Positions 18,243 to 27,699 of a stretch of DNA of 64,000 nt are shown here, piece by piece; within the stretch, counting starts at the first letter, position 1, and each line of letters opens with the position of its first letter. The notes beneath the pieces are model-generated. The model made no database searches. It was given only the letters and a program-made list of their open reading frames with translations, and was not told the origin of the DNA. A program made the position numbers and the translations under genes. The stretch is from NCBI GenBank assembly GCA_039679675.1, contig JBDKUN010000021.1, forward strand, positions 17,571 to 81,570, read 5' to 3'. The DNA is from Armatimonadota bacterium. Its GTDB lineage: Bacteria; Armatimonadota; UBA5829; DTLH01.

Positions 18243-19364
18243 ATGAGTTCAATAAGTGCTAAAAAAGAAAACATTCACCTTGCTGCCAGATTAGGAGAGA
18301 TAAAGCAGGTAGAAGAGCTTCTTAATTCTGGAATTGATGTAGATATCAAAGATAGAAATAGCTATACCCCTCTGCGCCATGCGGCTGAGTCACAGAAAAA
18401 AGAAGTAGTAAAGCTGCTCTTGACTAAAGGAGCTAAACCTGATTTACACATAGCTGCCTGCCTGGGTGATGATAAAATGCTGATTGATCTCATAAACCAA
18501 GGTATGGACGTAAACTCTACTGACAGCTTAGGTGAAACCCCACTGCACATGGCAGCACAGAATGATCATGTTGACACTGTTAACCTGCTCATTTCGAAAG
18601 GCGCAAATACAAACGCTAAAAACAATCAATGGCAAACACGGACACCTCTTCACTATGCAGCCGAATTTCGCAACAACAAGGTCGTAGAATTGCTGTTGAA
18701 GGCTGGTGCTGATGTTAATGTAAAGGACAACTATGGAAATACTCCCCTTGCAGCAGCAGTTGAATGGTCCGGCGACTATGATGTAAACACTGAAAAGCTT
18801 TTGCTTGATGGTGAAGCGGATGTAAATGCTGTGGATAATAGGAAATATTCTTCTCTACATATCGCCGTATATCATGGTGTGCTTAATCTGGCTAAGTATC
18901 TGATCAGCAGAGGCGGCAAAACTGATCTGTACATCGCATGTGGATTGGGCGACGAGGTTCAGGTGAGCAGTTTCATTTCGAGTGGTGCGGATATCAACGC
19001 AAAAGATATGCTGGGGCGTACTCCGCTGCATTGGGCTGCTGAGAACAGTCAGGCAGCTATTGTAAGGCTCCTTCTTGCCAATGGAGCTAATGTGAATGCA
19101 ATAGATGAGGATGGACGCTCGCCGCTTCATCAAGCAATAAAGGGGCCAAATCACTTCAACAGACCAGCTACCAGAAGTAAAGTGCTGGGCTATATTGACA
19201 ATAAGAACCGATATAGGGTTGTAGAGTTACTTATATCAGGCTGAGCTGATTTGAATGCCGAGTCAAGAGATGACGGAGAAACACCTCTTGAGATGGCAAT
19301 CTCAGAAGAACATGGCCAGATAGAGCGATTGCTGCGTAAAAACGGAGCACGTTGTTCTGTCTGA
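18243..19364 (+). pseudogene. Ankyrin-repeat protein with an in-frame TGA at 19242-19244 before the last repeat
   Basis: Many TPLH..A...LL..GA.VN repeats; the frame continues after TGA as ADLNAESRDDGETPLEMAISEEHGQIERLLRKNGARCSV*. Confidence 0.8.
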
Positions 19365-19395
19365 AAGTGTTGATGCATGGGACGGGTGGAGAGTA

Positions 19396-19484
19396 TATTG
19401 ATTTTCAGGTGAAACGGAATCTTTCCCCAAACGGGGATAGAACCCATCCGGCCTGCACTGCAAATACAGCCCGAGAAATCCATA
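19396..19484. mobile_element. TA-flanked MITE-like element with related ends but a different interior
   Basis: TA-TTGATTTTCAGG ... CCGAGAAATCCA-TA, between convergent genes. Confidence 0.45.
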
Positions 19485-19487
19485 GCA

Positions 19488-20582
19488 CTAAATCAATTCA
19501 GAAATATATCTCTCCAGCTCTTTTGCACGATGAGCGGCAGTGTGCTCTGAAAGCGCCCGAACCCTCGACCGGCTGCCGATTGAGACACGCTCATCTTCCG
19601 ACACCTCCTGCAGATATGCGAGCGTATCTTCCGGCGAGTGAGAGATAAGGATTTCTCTTTCCGGTGTGAATAGAGTGTCGAGCCCTTCCCACCAGTCGCT
19701 AATGATCGGAATGCCGCAGGCTGCAGCCTCAAATAGCCTCACACTAGGCGAGTAGCCCGCTTCGACCATATCCGCTCGCGTAACATTCAAAGTGAACCTC
19801 TGCGAGTTATAGAAAGCCCGGTGATCGGATGGCGGCAGATGTTCCGTCCGTTTTACGTTCGAGGGCCACTTGATAGACTTGGGATACAAAGGTCCGGCAA
19901 CAACAAACTGGCCGTCCTGCCACTTGCGAGCAGGTTCGAGCATCAACCGGTCCAGCACCGGCTGCCGGTCATCACTATATGTGCCGAGGTATCCCAGGTC
20001 CCATGTAGTTTCACGGATTTCGGGATAATACGCGTAAGGATCGAACGAGCAGTAGAGCGGACGTGCCATGGGCGAGCCGTGCTTCTCTTCCAATTGATTC
20101 AAGGTCGGCCCCCCGGTAAACGACAGATAAAGATCGTAGCGCGGTATGAGTTTGGAAGATAAATACTCCTCATCCCCTCGTTTGAGCTTCGCCAGAGTGA
20201 CTGGCGTATCTATGTCGTAAAAAGCCGTAATTCCCCGCGCCGTATTCGTGACCCATTCTCCTACAAGGACACCTTCCGGGACGTACGACCCGACTATTAC
20301 TACATCTGCATCCCGAACAGTGGAAGTAAACCTGTTTTTCAGGTCGGCAAGGCTTGCATAAAGCTCCGCTCGGCCGTATGGCGGAATCGGAAGGTCCCGG
20401 TTTGCCTCATACCATGGCACGTTTCGTTCGAGAAAGAACACACTGTGGCCCCGTTTTACGAGTTCACGCATGAGGCCCCTATAAGTCGTCGCATGCCCGT
20501 TTCCCCACGAAGATGTAATCGAAAGACCAAGAATTACAATATTGAGAGGCCTTGCAGATTTTTCAGAATTATCCATTAGCAT
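19488..20582 (-). CDS. CgeB-family glycosyltransferase (GT-B)
   Basis: SSWGNGHATTYRGL, YDIDTP, SPSVRLFEAAACG, HTAAHRA motifs. Confidence 0.88.
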   Translation of the reverse strand: MLMDNSEKSARPLNIVILGLSITSSWGNGHATTYRGLMRELVKRGHSVFFLERNVPWYEANRDLPIPPYGRAELYASLADLKNRFTSTVRDADVVIVGSYVPEGVLVGEWVTNTARGITAFYDIDTPVTLAKLKRGDEEYLSSKLIPRYDLYLSFTGGPTLNQLEEKHGSPMARPLYCSFDPYAYYPEIRETTWDLGYLGTYSDDRQPVLDRLMLEPARKWQDGQFVVAGPLYPKSIKWPSNVKRTEHLPPSDHRAFYNSQRFTLNVTRADMVEAGYSPSVRLFEAAACGIPIISDWWEGLDTLFTPEREILISHSPEDTLAYLQEVSEDERVSIGSRSRVRALSEHTAAHRAKELERYISELI

Positions 20583-20590
20583 AGTCTTTA

Positions 20591-21661
20591 TCAGACTCCA
20601 AGCAGCGCTTCCAACTGCGCCGCGCGATGCGAGTAAGTATGTTCAGAAAGGACTCTATCGAGCGCCGCCTGCCCTATCTCACAGGCACGATGCGGTGTGA
20701 TTTCAGAGAGGTGCGCCACGACATCATCATGGTTTCGGGCTACTAGGACCTCAAGATCCGGCTCAAGGAACATTTCTATGCCTTCCCAGTAGTCCGTGAT
20801 TAGGCATGCCCCCGCTCCGGCAGCTTCAAACACCCTCGTAGCCGGAGAAAACCCATAGCGGGCCATGCTCTCCCGGCTGATGTTCAAAACAGCAAGCGGC
20901 GTGCAGTTAAACGCGTTATGCTCGTGTGTGTAGACGTGACCGATATACTCGACATTCGACGGCAGCGATTTGTCATCCCAGCCGTTGCCGCCAAGAAGGA
21001 ACCTGTGCTCCGGCATGTCTTCGGCGGTCTTCAAAAAGAACTCTTCTACCCGTGACTCCCGGTCCGGCAGCCTGTTTCCGAGGAATGCTAGGTCGCTTTC
21101 GAACTTGAAATTGCATTCGACAGGGTAATGAGTGGACGGATCGAGCGCGTTGTACACCGGCACGCATATTTTTGCTTTAAGTGCCTTATACGCGTTTACC
21201 ACCGGATCGCCACCGCCGTAAGTCAGCACCATATCGTAGTTCGGTATCAACTCGCGGAACGGATCGGCGGGGTCGGACTGGACTCTATCAAGCGTGGCTG
21301 GCGCATCGACATCCCAATATGCTACAAGCGTCTCATCGCTCTTCATATCGAGCACTTCAGCCTGTAAAAGCTCATCGAAGACCCCCACTCCGCTCGCTTT
21401 TACGACCAAATCCGCGCCGCGGGCGTCTCTCAAACATTTACTGAGCTCGTTTTCATCGTTCGATGAGTAGACTACCACCTTCGCCCAGTCAGGATCAGGA
21501 ATATCCCGGTGCTCCTGGCGACCGAACGCATCAGATTCATAAAACGTGACCCGGTGTCCACGTTCATAAAGCGCCCGGATGATGCCGCGATAGTAAGTCG
21601 CCGCGCCGTTCCAGTAAGCCGATACCAGGCTGGAACCAAAAAATGCGATATTTAGCTTCAT
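20591..21661 (-). CDS. CgeB-family glycosyltransferase (GT-B)
   Basis: SAYWNGAATYYRG, WDVDAPATL, SPATRVFEAAGAG, HTYSHRA motifs. Confidence 0.88.
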   Translation of the reverse strand: MKLNIAFFGSSLVSAYWNGAATYYRGIIRALYERGHRVTFYESDAFGRQEHRDIPDPDWAKVVVYSSNDENELSKCLRDARGADLVVKASGVGVFDELLQAEVLDMKSDETLVAYWDVDAPATLDRVQSDPADPFRELIPNYDMVLTYGGGDPVVNAYKALKAKICVPVYNALDPSTHYPVECNFKFESDLAFLGNRLPDRESRVEEFFLKTAEDMPEHRFLLGGNGWDDKSLPSNVEYIGHVYTHEHNAFNCTPLAVLNISRESMARYGFSPATRVFEAAGAGACLITDYWEGIEMFLEPDLEVLVARNHDDVVAHLSEITPHRACEIGQAALDRVLSEHTYSHRAAQLEALLGV

Positions 21662-21739
21662 GATGTTTTCCTTGTTGCCTTGCGAATGCTTTGGCGCGCG
21701 TAGTTTGCACCGAAGCCAGCTTTACGAATTAGTACATGA

Positions 21740-21947
21740 TGGACCAGGGGATCCTGTCCTGGGCCCATTTCTCCGGGGCATCCATGCCCCTTGCTATCTC
21801 TCGTATCGCCACAGATTAGTGCATGTCCGTCACCTTCGGTGACGATGGCTCAAAATACCCGTGGTCCGGTAGATCCACGGGTTAGCACGTAGACCGGCCA
21901 CTACTTCTATTCCGCACTCCACATTTCCCTCTGTTCCCTATTCCCTG
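21740..21947. repeat. Cluster of short palindromes (REP/BIME-like) inside the glycosyltransferase operon
   Basis: GGGGCATCCATGCCCC (21775-21790), CGTCACCTTCGGTGACG (21828-21844), ACCCGTGG-N10-CCACGGGT (21857-21882), heptamers CTGTTCC/CTATTCC. Confidence 0.6.
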
Positions 21948-23033
21948 TCATCTGTTCTCTAAGACTCCAAACAACTCATCCACTCTATGAGCGCACGTGT
22001 GTTTTTCGAGTATAGTTTTAAGCCCATGTGCCTTTATCTCGGCGGCAGCTTCCTTGTCATGAAGGAGCGTCCGTAAATGCCGCTTCATTTCGCTCCCATT
22101 CGATGCTACAAGAAAGTCCTCGCCAGGAGTAAATAGCCCTTCGATATCATCCCAGAATGCCGAAACGAGCGGGATCCCGCATGCCAGAGCCTCGAAAACT
22201 CGTATTGTCGGGATTCCAGGCAAAGCTGCGGCATACGGGCGGCGCGGGACATGCACCGTCACACGGTATCCGGCAAATACGGTAGGTACGTCATAGTTCG
22301 GGAGCCATCCGCCATAATTGATCCCAGCCGTAGCAAGTATTCTCTTGCCGTAATCGGGATAACGCACCCCGTGAGCCTGCGCCTTCAGGCAAAGCGATTT
22401 CACCGGCTCTATCAGAAACTCCTGAAGCTCCGCAGTCCGTTCACCATCACCCCAGTTGCCGATCCAGACCAGGTCGCCCTGTCTGGATACTTTCTCGATG
22501 TGGTGAAACACTCTGGTATCGGCAGCTTCATGCCAGGTCCATACCCTTTCGGCCCAGCCTTTGGAGAGGTAAATGTCGCGGATCACTTCGCCAAATACGA
22601 GGACGCCGTCGTAATTCGACAGATCGTACGCAGCCATATTCTCCGGGTCTGTAGCCGACCGGTGATGTGTATCGTGGAAAAGCAGCTTGTACTTTCCTCC
22701 ACCATCGCGGTGTTTGCCGATGCGCCGCACGAGGTCATGGTCGTTCCATTCGTGGACAATCACCACATCCGCCCCATCGAGCGCTTCACCTAAATCAAGC
22801 GAGTTCGGATCATATTTAATACTCTTCAGCCCCGGATACACCGAATAAAACCTCTTGATTGGAGCTTCGCCGTGCTCCGTGATGAGGTTCTTAAGGCTCC
22901 ATCCGTCTTCAGGCTCATATACACGGACTTCGTGTCCACGGGAGAGGAGTTCACTCACTATTCCGCGCAGAAAATGAGCATTGCCGTGGTTCCAGTCCGA
23001 CACAAGCGAATGATAGAACATTACAAAGCGCAA
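21948..23033 (-). CDS. CgeB-family glycosyltransferase (GT-B)
   Basis: SDWNHGNAHFLRG, HDTHHR, PTIRVFEALACG, HTCAHR motifs; GGAGGG RBS + TTG. Confidence 0.88.
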   Translation of the reverse strand: MRFVMFYHSLVSDWNHGNAHFLRGIVSELLSRGHEVRVYEPEDGWSLKNLITEHGEAPIKRFYSVYPGLKSIKYDPNSLDLGEALDGADVVIVHEWNDHDLVRRIGKHRDGGGKYKLLFHDTHHRSATDPENMAAYDLSNYDGVLVFGEVIRDIYLSKGWAERVWTWHEAADTRVFHHIEKVSRQGDLVWIGNWGDGERTAELQEFLIEPVKSLCLKAQAHGVRYPDYGKRILATAGINYGGWLPNYDVPTVFAGYRVTVHVPRRPYAAALPGIPTIRVFEALACGIPLVSAFWDDIEGLFTPGEDFLVASNGSEMKRHLRTLLHDKEAAAEIKAHGLKTILEKHTCAHRVDELFGVLENR

Positions 23034-23048
23034 AGTATTCCCTCCGTT

Positions 23049-23078
23049 TCAGACAGTGATTAGAATATGCTTACTCAT
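23049..23078 (-). pseudogene. Possible deletion remnant of an NAD-dependent epimerase (MSKHILITV*)
   Basis: 9-codon ORF with an AGAGAG RBS-like sequence, resembling the first strand of a Rossmann fold (ILITGG..). Confidence 0.3.
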
Positions 23079-23254
23079 AGTCACTCTCTTCTCATCCACG
23101 TGGTGTTTCGGCCTGCTGTTATTCAAAATCGACGTGAGGATCAACACACTGAAGAATCAAGTGGCCTAAACCTATAAAAGATGATAACCTTACGGGCGAG
23201 GTTCTAAACTAGGCCGGGCCTGCGAGTAAGGATGCAGTATATAGAAAACAACAA

Positions 23255-23283
23255 TTGCAAATAAGCTCGATATTTCGTAGAAT
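23255..23283 (+). promoter_or_regulatory. sigma70 promoter of dapA
   Basis: TTGCAA-N17-TAGAAT. Confidence 0.6.
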
Positions 23284-23317
23284 AAACAACAAGCATAAAG
23301 AAATCCGGAGACCAATA

Positions 23318-24352
23318 ATGAAGCTTGAAGGCGCTTATACTGCGATTGTTAACCCTCTAACCCCTGATGGGTGTGTTGATTACGATGGACTGATAAAAAA
23401 CATCGAATTTCAGGTATCACAGGGCATTGCCGGAGTAGTTCCGGTCGGGACTACGGGAGAATCTCCGACAATCAGCCAGGATGAGCGGAAAGAAACAATC
23501 GAGCGCACGATAGCGGCAGCCGCAGGCAGATGCAAGGTGATCGCAGGAACCGGCAGCAACTCGACCGAAAAGTGCATTGCAAACACGAAACATGCCGCAC
23601 AGGCAGGCGTTGACGCAGCGCTTGTGGTCGATTGTTATTACAACGGGCCATCTTCGCAGGAGCTCAGGGACGAGTATTACTCAGTTGTCGCGGAAGAGTT
23701 TCCCGGTCTCACCATCGTCCCTTATATCATCCCCGGACGGACTGGCACAGCTCTTTCTGTCGAAGACCTGGCGATACTTTACGCGAAATATCCGAACATC
23801 TCTGCTGTAAAAGAGGCTACCGGCGACCTCGCGCGGATGGTGTATACGAGAGAGCTTTGCGGCAGGGACTTCAACATTATCTCAGGCGATGACGACCTGA
23901 CTTACAAGATGATGACCGACCCCAAGATAGCTGCAGACGGTGTGATCTCAGTCGCTTCTAATGTAATTCCGGGACCGGCACAGGAAATGGTATCCGCAGT
24001 CAAAGCTGGCAACCTTCAAAAGGCGGAAAAACTGCAGAACGCTCTTGATCCGTTGTTAAAAATAGTCACCGTCAAGGCCGAAAATGAGCGGACACTGCCG
24101 GATGGCCGGACTGTCAAGGTCGTCGATAAATACCGCAACCCGGTCGCCATAAAGACTTTGATGTCTGCGCTTGGTATGCCTTCCGGCGCGTGCCGAAGGC
24201 CGCTCGGCAAAATGACCAAGCCGGGAGTAGAAGTCGTCCGAAAGGCCATAAAGACCGTATGGGACAACAACCCCGAACTCCTTGCACCAATAGCCGAGTT
24301 CTACGGAATCGACATAGAAGCCCGAATCGCAGACGATAATAACTGGATGTAG
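23318..24352 (+). CDS. dapA: 4-hydroxy-tetrahydrodipicolinate synthase
   Basis: GTTGESPT, AGTGSNST, YIIPGRTG, Schiff-base lysine AVKEATG, SGDD, ISVASN. Confidence 0.9.
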   Translation: MKLEGAYTAIVNPLTPDGCVDYDGLIKNIEFQVSQGIAGVVPVGTTGESPTISQDERKETIERTIAAAAGRCKVIAGTGSNSTEKCIANTKHAAQAGVDAALVVDCYYNGPSSQELRDEYYSVVAEEFPGLTIVPYIIPGRTGTALSVEDLAILYAKYPNISAVKEATGDLARMVYTRELCGRDFNIISGDDDLTYKMMTDPKIAADGVISVASNVIPGPAQEMVSAVKAGNLQKAEKLQNALDPLLKIVTVKAENERTLPDGRTVKVVDKYRNPVAIKTLMSALGMPSGACRRPLGKMTKPGVEVVRKAIKTVWDNNPELLAPIAEFYGIDIEARIADDNNWM

Positions 24353-24487
24353 ATAACTTCTAGCCACGAAGCACGGAATAAAGAATAAAAGGGGGATAGT
24401 AATACCTATCCTATGGCTTACTACCCATTCCCTTTTTTTCTATCCTTTCGCGTCTTCGTGATAAAAAAGCTATTGGTTATCCTTCCA

Positions 24488-24961
24488 CTATGGTACCCAT
24501 GTCGGTACGCCGCACTCCGGGCATTCCAGTTCGGCCAGGTTCACCCGGTCAAGCACAAAATCCTGGTCAGACGAATCTGCATCATCACCTGAGTGTGCAA
24601 CCCTTATCTCCCCATACCGGTCTGCTGCGAAGATAGCGGGAGACTCGTCGGCGTATTGTCTGAGCACATCACCGTTTGTGTCCACCAGTACCGGAAACGG
24701 CAGGTTCTTACCATAAGTCACATCACTGACCGCATCTTTCGGCCCTATTCCGACTGCCAGGATTTCAGTATCAGCATCCTGATAGTCGGAATACCTTTCG
24801 GCAAAATCAACCGGTATATCCCTGCATGAAATGCAGGCAGCATCGAAGAAGACCAGCACCAAGTTCTTCTTACCTCTGTAATCCGATGGACCCATTATCC
24901 GCCCATCTATCGATTCAAGCCGAAAATCCGGCAGCATCTGACGTTCATTGACTTTTTCCAT
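24488..24961 (-). CDS. Redoxin/AhpC-TSA family protein with C-terminal CPEC
   Basis: LPDFRL, CISC, LPFPVLVD, DRYGEI, ECPECG; GGAGG RBS. Confidence 0.8.
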   Translation of the reverse strand: MEKVNERQMLPDFRLESIDGRIMGPSDYRGKKNLVLVFFDAACISCRDIPVDFAERYSDYQDADTEILAVGIGPKDAVSDVTYGKNLPFPVLVDTNGDVLRQYADESPAIFAADRYGEIRVAHSGDDADSSDQDFVLDRVNLAELECPECGVPTWVP

Positions 24962-25122
24962 AGTAATATCCTCCATTTTGTTTTACCCGTCAAATGCGAT
25001 AACATAGTGTCAAAAGAGTTGGATACATCAATTCGCAAAAATTTGATGAGATAATTTAATGACGCTCAGATTGAGCAAGCTAACTATCGGTTCATATTAT
25101 GCAAAGCCAGGAGTTATGACAT

Positions 25123-25638
25123 ATGCAAGGTGTCGAGCGTTATAAAGTCAGAGTATTACCTCATTCTGATGAGTGGGAAGTAGAATTCAAAGAAGCAAAA
25201 AAACAACTAATTGGAATATTTGGAGACAACGTCGTTGATATACAGCATATAGGAAGCACATCGATTAAGGGGATTTACGCTAAACCCATACTTGACATTG
25301 CTGTTGTTCTGCAATCATTTGAAGGTATGAATGTAGAAGGAATGCAAAAGGCAAACTATAGTTATTGTGGTGCCCAAAACGAAGAGAAATGCAGGTATCT
25401 TTTTGTTTTAAGAGGCAAAGGACAAATATCATTGAGGCATGTACATTGCTTCGAGCCGAATAATCTGGAATTTTATAATATGACGCATTTTAGAGATTAC
25501 TTAAATCAGCACGATGAGTATGCTCGGGAATACAGTGATTTGAAGAGAAGTTTAGCGGAAAAATATCCGGACGATCGGAACGCGTATACTGATGAAAAAG
25601 GGGAATTTGTGAGAATGATATATGGGAAGTTACACTGA
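25123..25638 (+). CDS. GrpB family protein
   Basis: HIGSTSI, AKPILDI, FRDYL, YSDLK, YTDEK motifs. Confidence 0.9.
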   Translation: MQGVERYKVRVLPHSDEWEVEFKEAKKQLIGIFGDNVVDIQHIGSTSIKGIYAKPILDIAVVLQSFEGMNVEGMQKANYSYCGAQNEEKCRYLFVLRGKGQISLRHVHCFEPNNLEFYNMTHFRDYLNQHDEYAREYSDLKRSLAEKYPDDRNAYTDEKGEFVRMIYGKLH

Positions 25639-25703
25639 TAAAATCGAGTATTTGTAAGCATCCGTGCAAAACTCGCTGGGGTGTATTTTGGGAGGAATGG
25701 TAA

Positions 25704-26429
25704 ATGACCCATAAAGAGATGGCATCGCAAATATCTAGGGAGCTGGGGCTCGTCGAGGAGCCGATTGCGGTCTATTACGCAGACGAAAAACCCGAGCAGG
25801 CATTCCAGTGGAACTGCCAGGGAGGCCATTTCTGCCACATGGGACGTCTGACTGCTGTGATACGAGGGACTCCGCTTGCGGTGGATAGAGAAAACCCCGG
25901 ATGCGGCGGCGCAGCCTTCTTTTTAGGCTGGAATGCGGAGATGCAGCCCGGGTTTGAAGAGTTTTTGTCTCATGACGCTGATGGCAAGGGCGAGCGCTAC
26001 AAAAAGACCCCTGAAATTGCAAAAGCATTTGTCGAAAAGCGCAGTTTCGTGCCTGCAAACGGCCGGTACTGTATATTTCAACGGCTCGAAGACCTGCCGG
26101 AGAAAATTACACCCGAGGTTATAGTCCTCTACGGCGATGCGGACGACATGAGCGGGCTTTTGGGGCTGGCGAACTATGGGCGGAAAAACCAGGCTGTGAT
26201 CGCACCGTTTTCTTCGGGCTGTGGGAGCATTGTAAGCGAGCCGCGAGCGCAGGGACTGGGGCCAGAGCCTAAAGCAGTCCTTGGGATGTTCGACCCATCC
26301 GCAAGGGGAAGCGTAAACAAGAATTACCTCACATTTTCAGCGCCGTGGCAGATGTTTATAGAAATGCTTGAGAACATACCGGGAAGCTTTCTGGAGATAG
26401 ACCCGTGGCTTAAGTTAAGGAATAGATAG
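25704..26429 (+). CDS. DUF169 family protein
   Basis: EEPIAVYY, GCGGA, PEVIV, SGCGS, GMFDPSAR motifs. Confidence 0.75.
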   Translation: MTHKEMASQISRELGLVEEPIAVYYADEKPEQAFQWNCQGGHFCHMGRLTAVIRGTPLAVDRENPGCGGAAFFLGWNAEMQPGFEEFLSHDADGKGERYKKTPEIAKAFVEKRSFVPANGRYCIFQRLEDLPEKITPEVIVLYGDADDMSGLLGLANYGRKNQAVIAPFSSGCGSIVSEPRAQGLGPEPKAVLGMFDPSARGSVNKNYLTFSAPWQMFIEMLENIPGSFLEIDPWLKLRNR

Positions 26430-26541
26430 AGATTCACGCAGAATGTGGAGATTTACAGCATCTATTCTTATGCTACGAGTCTCCACCATTCACTTCTGTT
26501 CCATATTCCCGTAATCTGTTTCCTATGGTATCATCTTCCAC

Positions 26542-27375
26542 ATGAGAAGCCTTAGAAACAAAACAGTGGTAATAACCGGAGCATCGAGCGGGATCGGGCG
26601 CGCAGCGGCGCTTGCATTCGCCAGACGAGGGTCTAATATCGTGCTTGCAGCGCGCCGGGTCGATATGCTGGAAGAGGCCAAGGCCGAGGTCGAGAGCCTT
26701 GGCGTTAAGGCGCTTGTCGTCCCAACCGATGTTACAGATCTATGGCAGGTTCAGCGGCTGCTCGATGCGTCCATCGAGCACTTCGGACAGATCGATGTAC
26801 TTGTGAATAATGCCGGGGCGGGAATTTTGGGCTCATTTATCGAGACTCCTATCGAGAATATAAAGCAGCTTTTCGACCTGAACGTTATTGGAGCTGCCGC
26901 AGTGATGCAGGCAGGGCTTAAAACAATGGAGCGTCAGGGCTGGGGCGTCGTGTTGAACGTCTCCTCGGTCGGAGGAATACTTCCAACCCCCTATATGTCG
27001 ATCTATAATGCCACAAAAGCCGCGCTGACAGCTCTTTCGGAGTCGGCAAACGCGGAATACTTCGGCACCCCAATTAAAATAGTAGCATTCTGTCCGGCTA
27101 TGACCGCCTCGGAGTTCGGAAAATCGACTAAGCGGGTCGGAAGATACCAGCAATGGGTCGACGCAGGCGGAAAGATGAAAGCATCCTCGGAATGGGTCGC
27201 AGACAGGCTGGTGAAAGCTGCACTCAAGCCAAAACCACTGATCATGCTCGGTTGGTTCTCACTTCCAAGCCTGATCATAAAACTCCTCACTCCCCCACTT
27301 TACTACCATATCATCAGGTTGTACAAGGACAGAATGGAGAAGGAGAACCCGGAGGAACAACAAAACCGACGGTAG
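26542..27375 (+). CDS. Short-chain dehydrogenase/reductase (SDR)
   Basis: TGASSGIG, NNAG, NVSS and YNATK catalytic motif. Confidence 0.92.
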   Translation: MRSLRNKTVVITGASSGIGRAAALAFARRGSNIVLAARRVDMLEEAKAEVESLGVKALVVPTDVTDLWQVQRLLDASIEHFGQIDVLVNNAGAGILGSFIETPIENIKQLFDLNVIGAAAVMQAGLKTMERQGWGVVLNVSSVGGILPTPYMSIYNATKAALTALSESANAEYFGTPIKIVAFCPAMTASEFGKSTKRVGRYQQWVDAGGKMKASSEWVADRLVKAALKPKPLIMLGWFSLPSLIIKLLTPPLYYHIIRLYKDRMEKENPEEQQNRR

Positions 27376-27389
27376 GTAGCAGATACAGA

Positions 27390-27434
27390 TTCGACACCTG
27401 CGGTGTCGGCTTCGGCGGCAAGCAGTCCGAAGCA
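27390..27434 (+). repeat. Double-hairpin palindromic repeat 'A', copy 2
   Basis: TTCGACACCTGCGGTGTCGGCTTCGGCGGCAAGCAGTCCGAAGCA. Confidence 0.85.
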
Positions 27435-27446
27435 ACTAGCGATCAC

Positions 27447-27577
27447 AACGTCATTCCGAGCTTGACTCGGAATCCAGGAAGAAAATGGACCCTGAATCTA
27501 TGGATTTTCGGCTATAGCCGAAAATCTTCCGGGCGAGTTTCAGGTATAACCTGAAACTCCATAGTTCAGGGTGACGT
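27447..27577 (+). mobile_element. Composite repeat: GTCATTCCG-type REP-like element with nested TA-flanked MITE (27499-27563), copy 1
   Basis: Differs from 47843-47973 at 2 positions; the MITE interrupts the hairpin CCCTGAA-TC(TA)G-TTCAGGG. Confidence 0.85.
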
Positions 27578-27647
27578 GGTGGTTGTTCGGGATGATGTCC
27601 TTGTTGTTCAGGGAGATGTATTTGTCATTCAGAACGATGTCTTTACT
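27564..27647 (+). repeat. Degenerate 21-bp tandem repeat x4
   Basis: Units start at 27564, 27585, 27606 and 27627; consensus GTTCAGGGNGAYGTNNTTGTT. Confidence 0.65.
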
Positions 27648-27699
27648 GATAGCTGACGGCTGAATGCTAATAGCTTTTCTGCTCCCTATTCCCCAAAAC

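Noticed and set aside
19242..19244. Alternative genetic code (TGA=Gly) or selenocysteine
   Set aside because: TGA ends conserved genes at their expected positions; the site is a structural Gly, not a Cys-equivalent.
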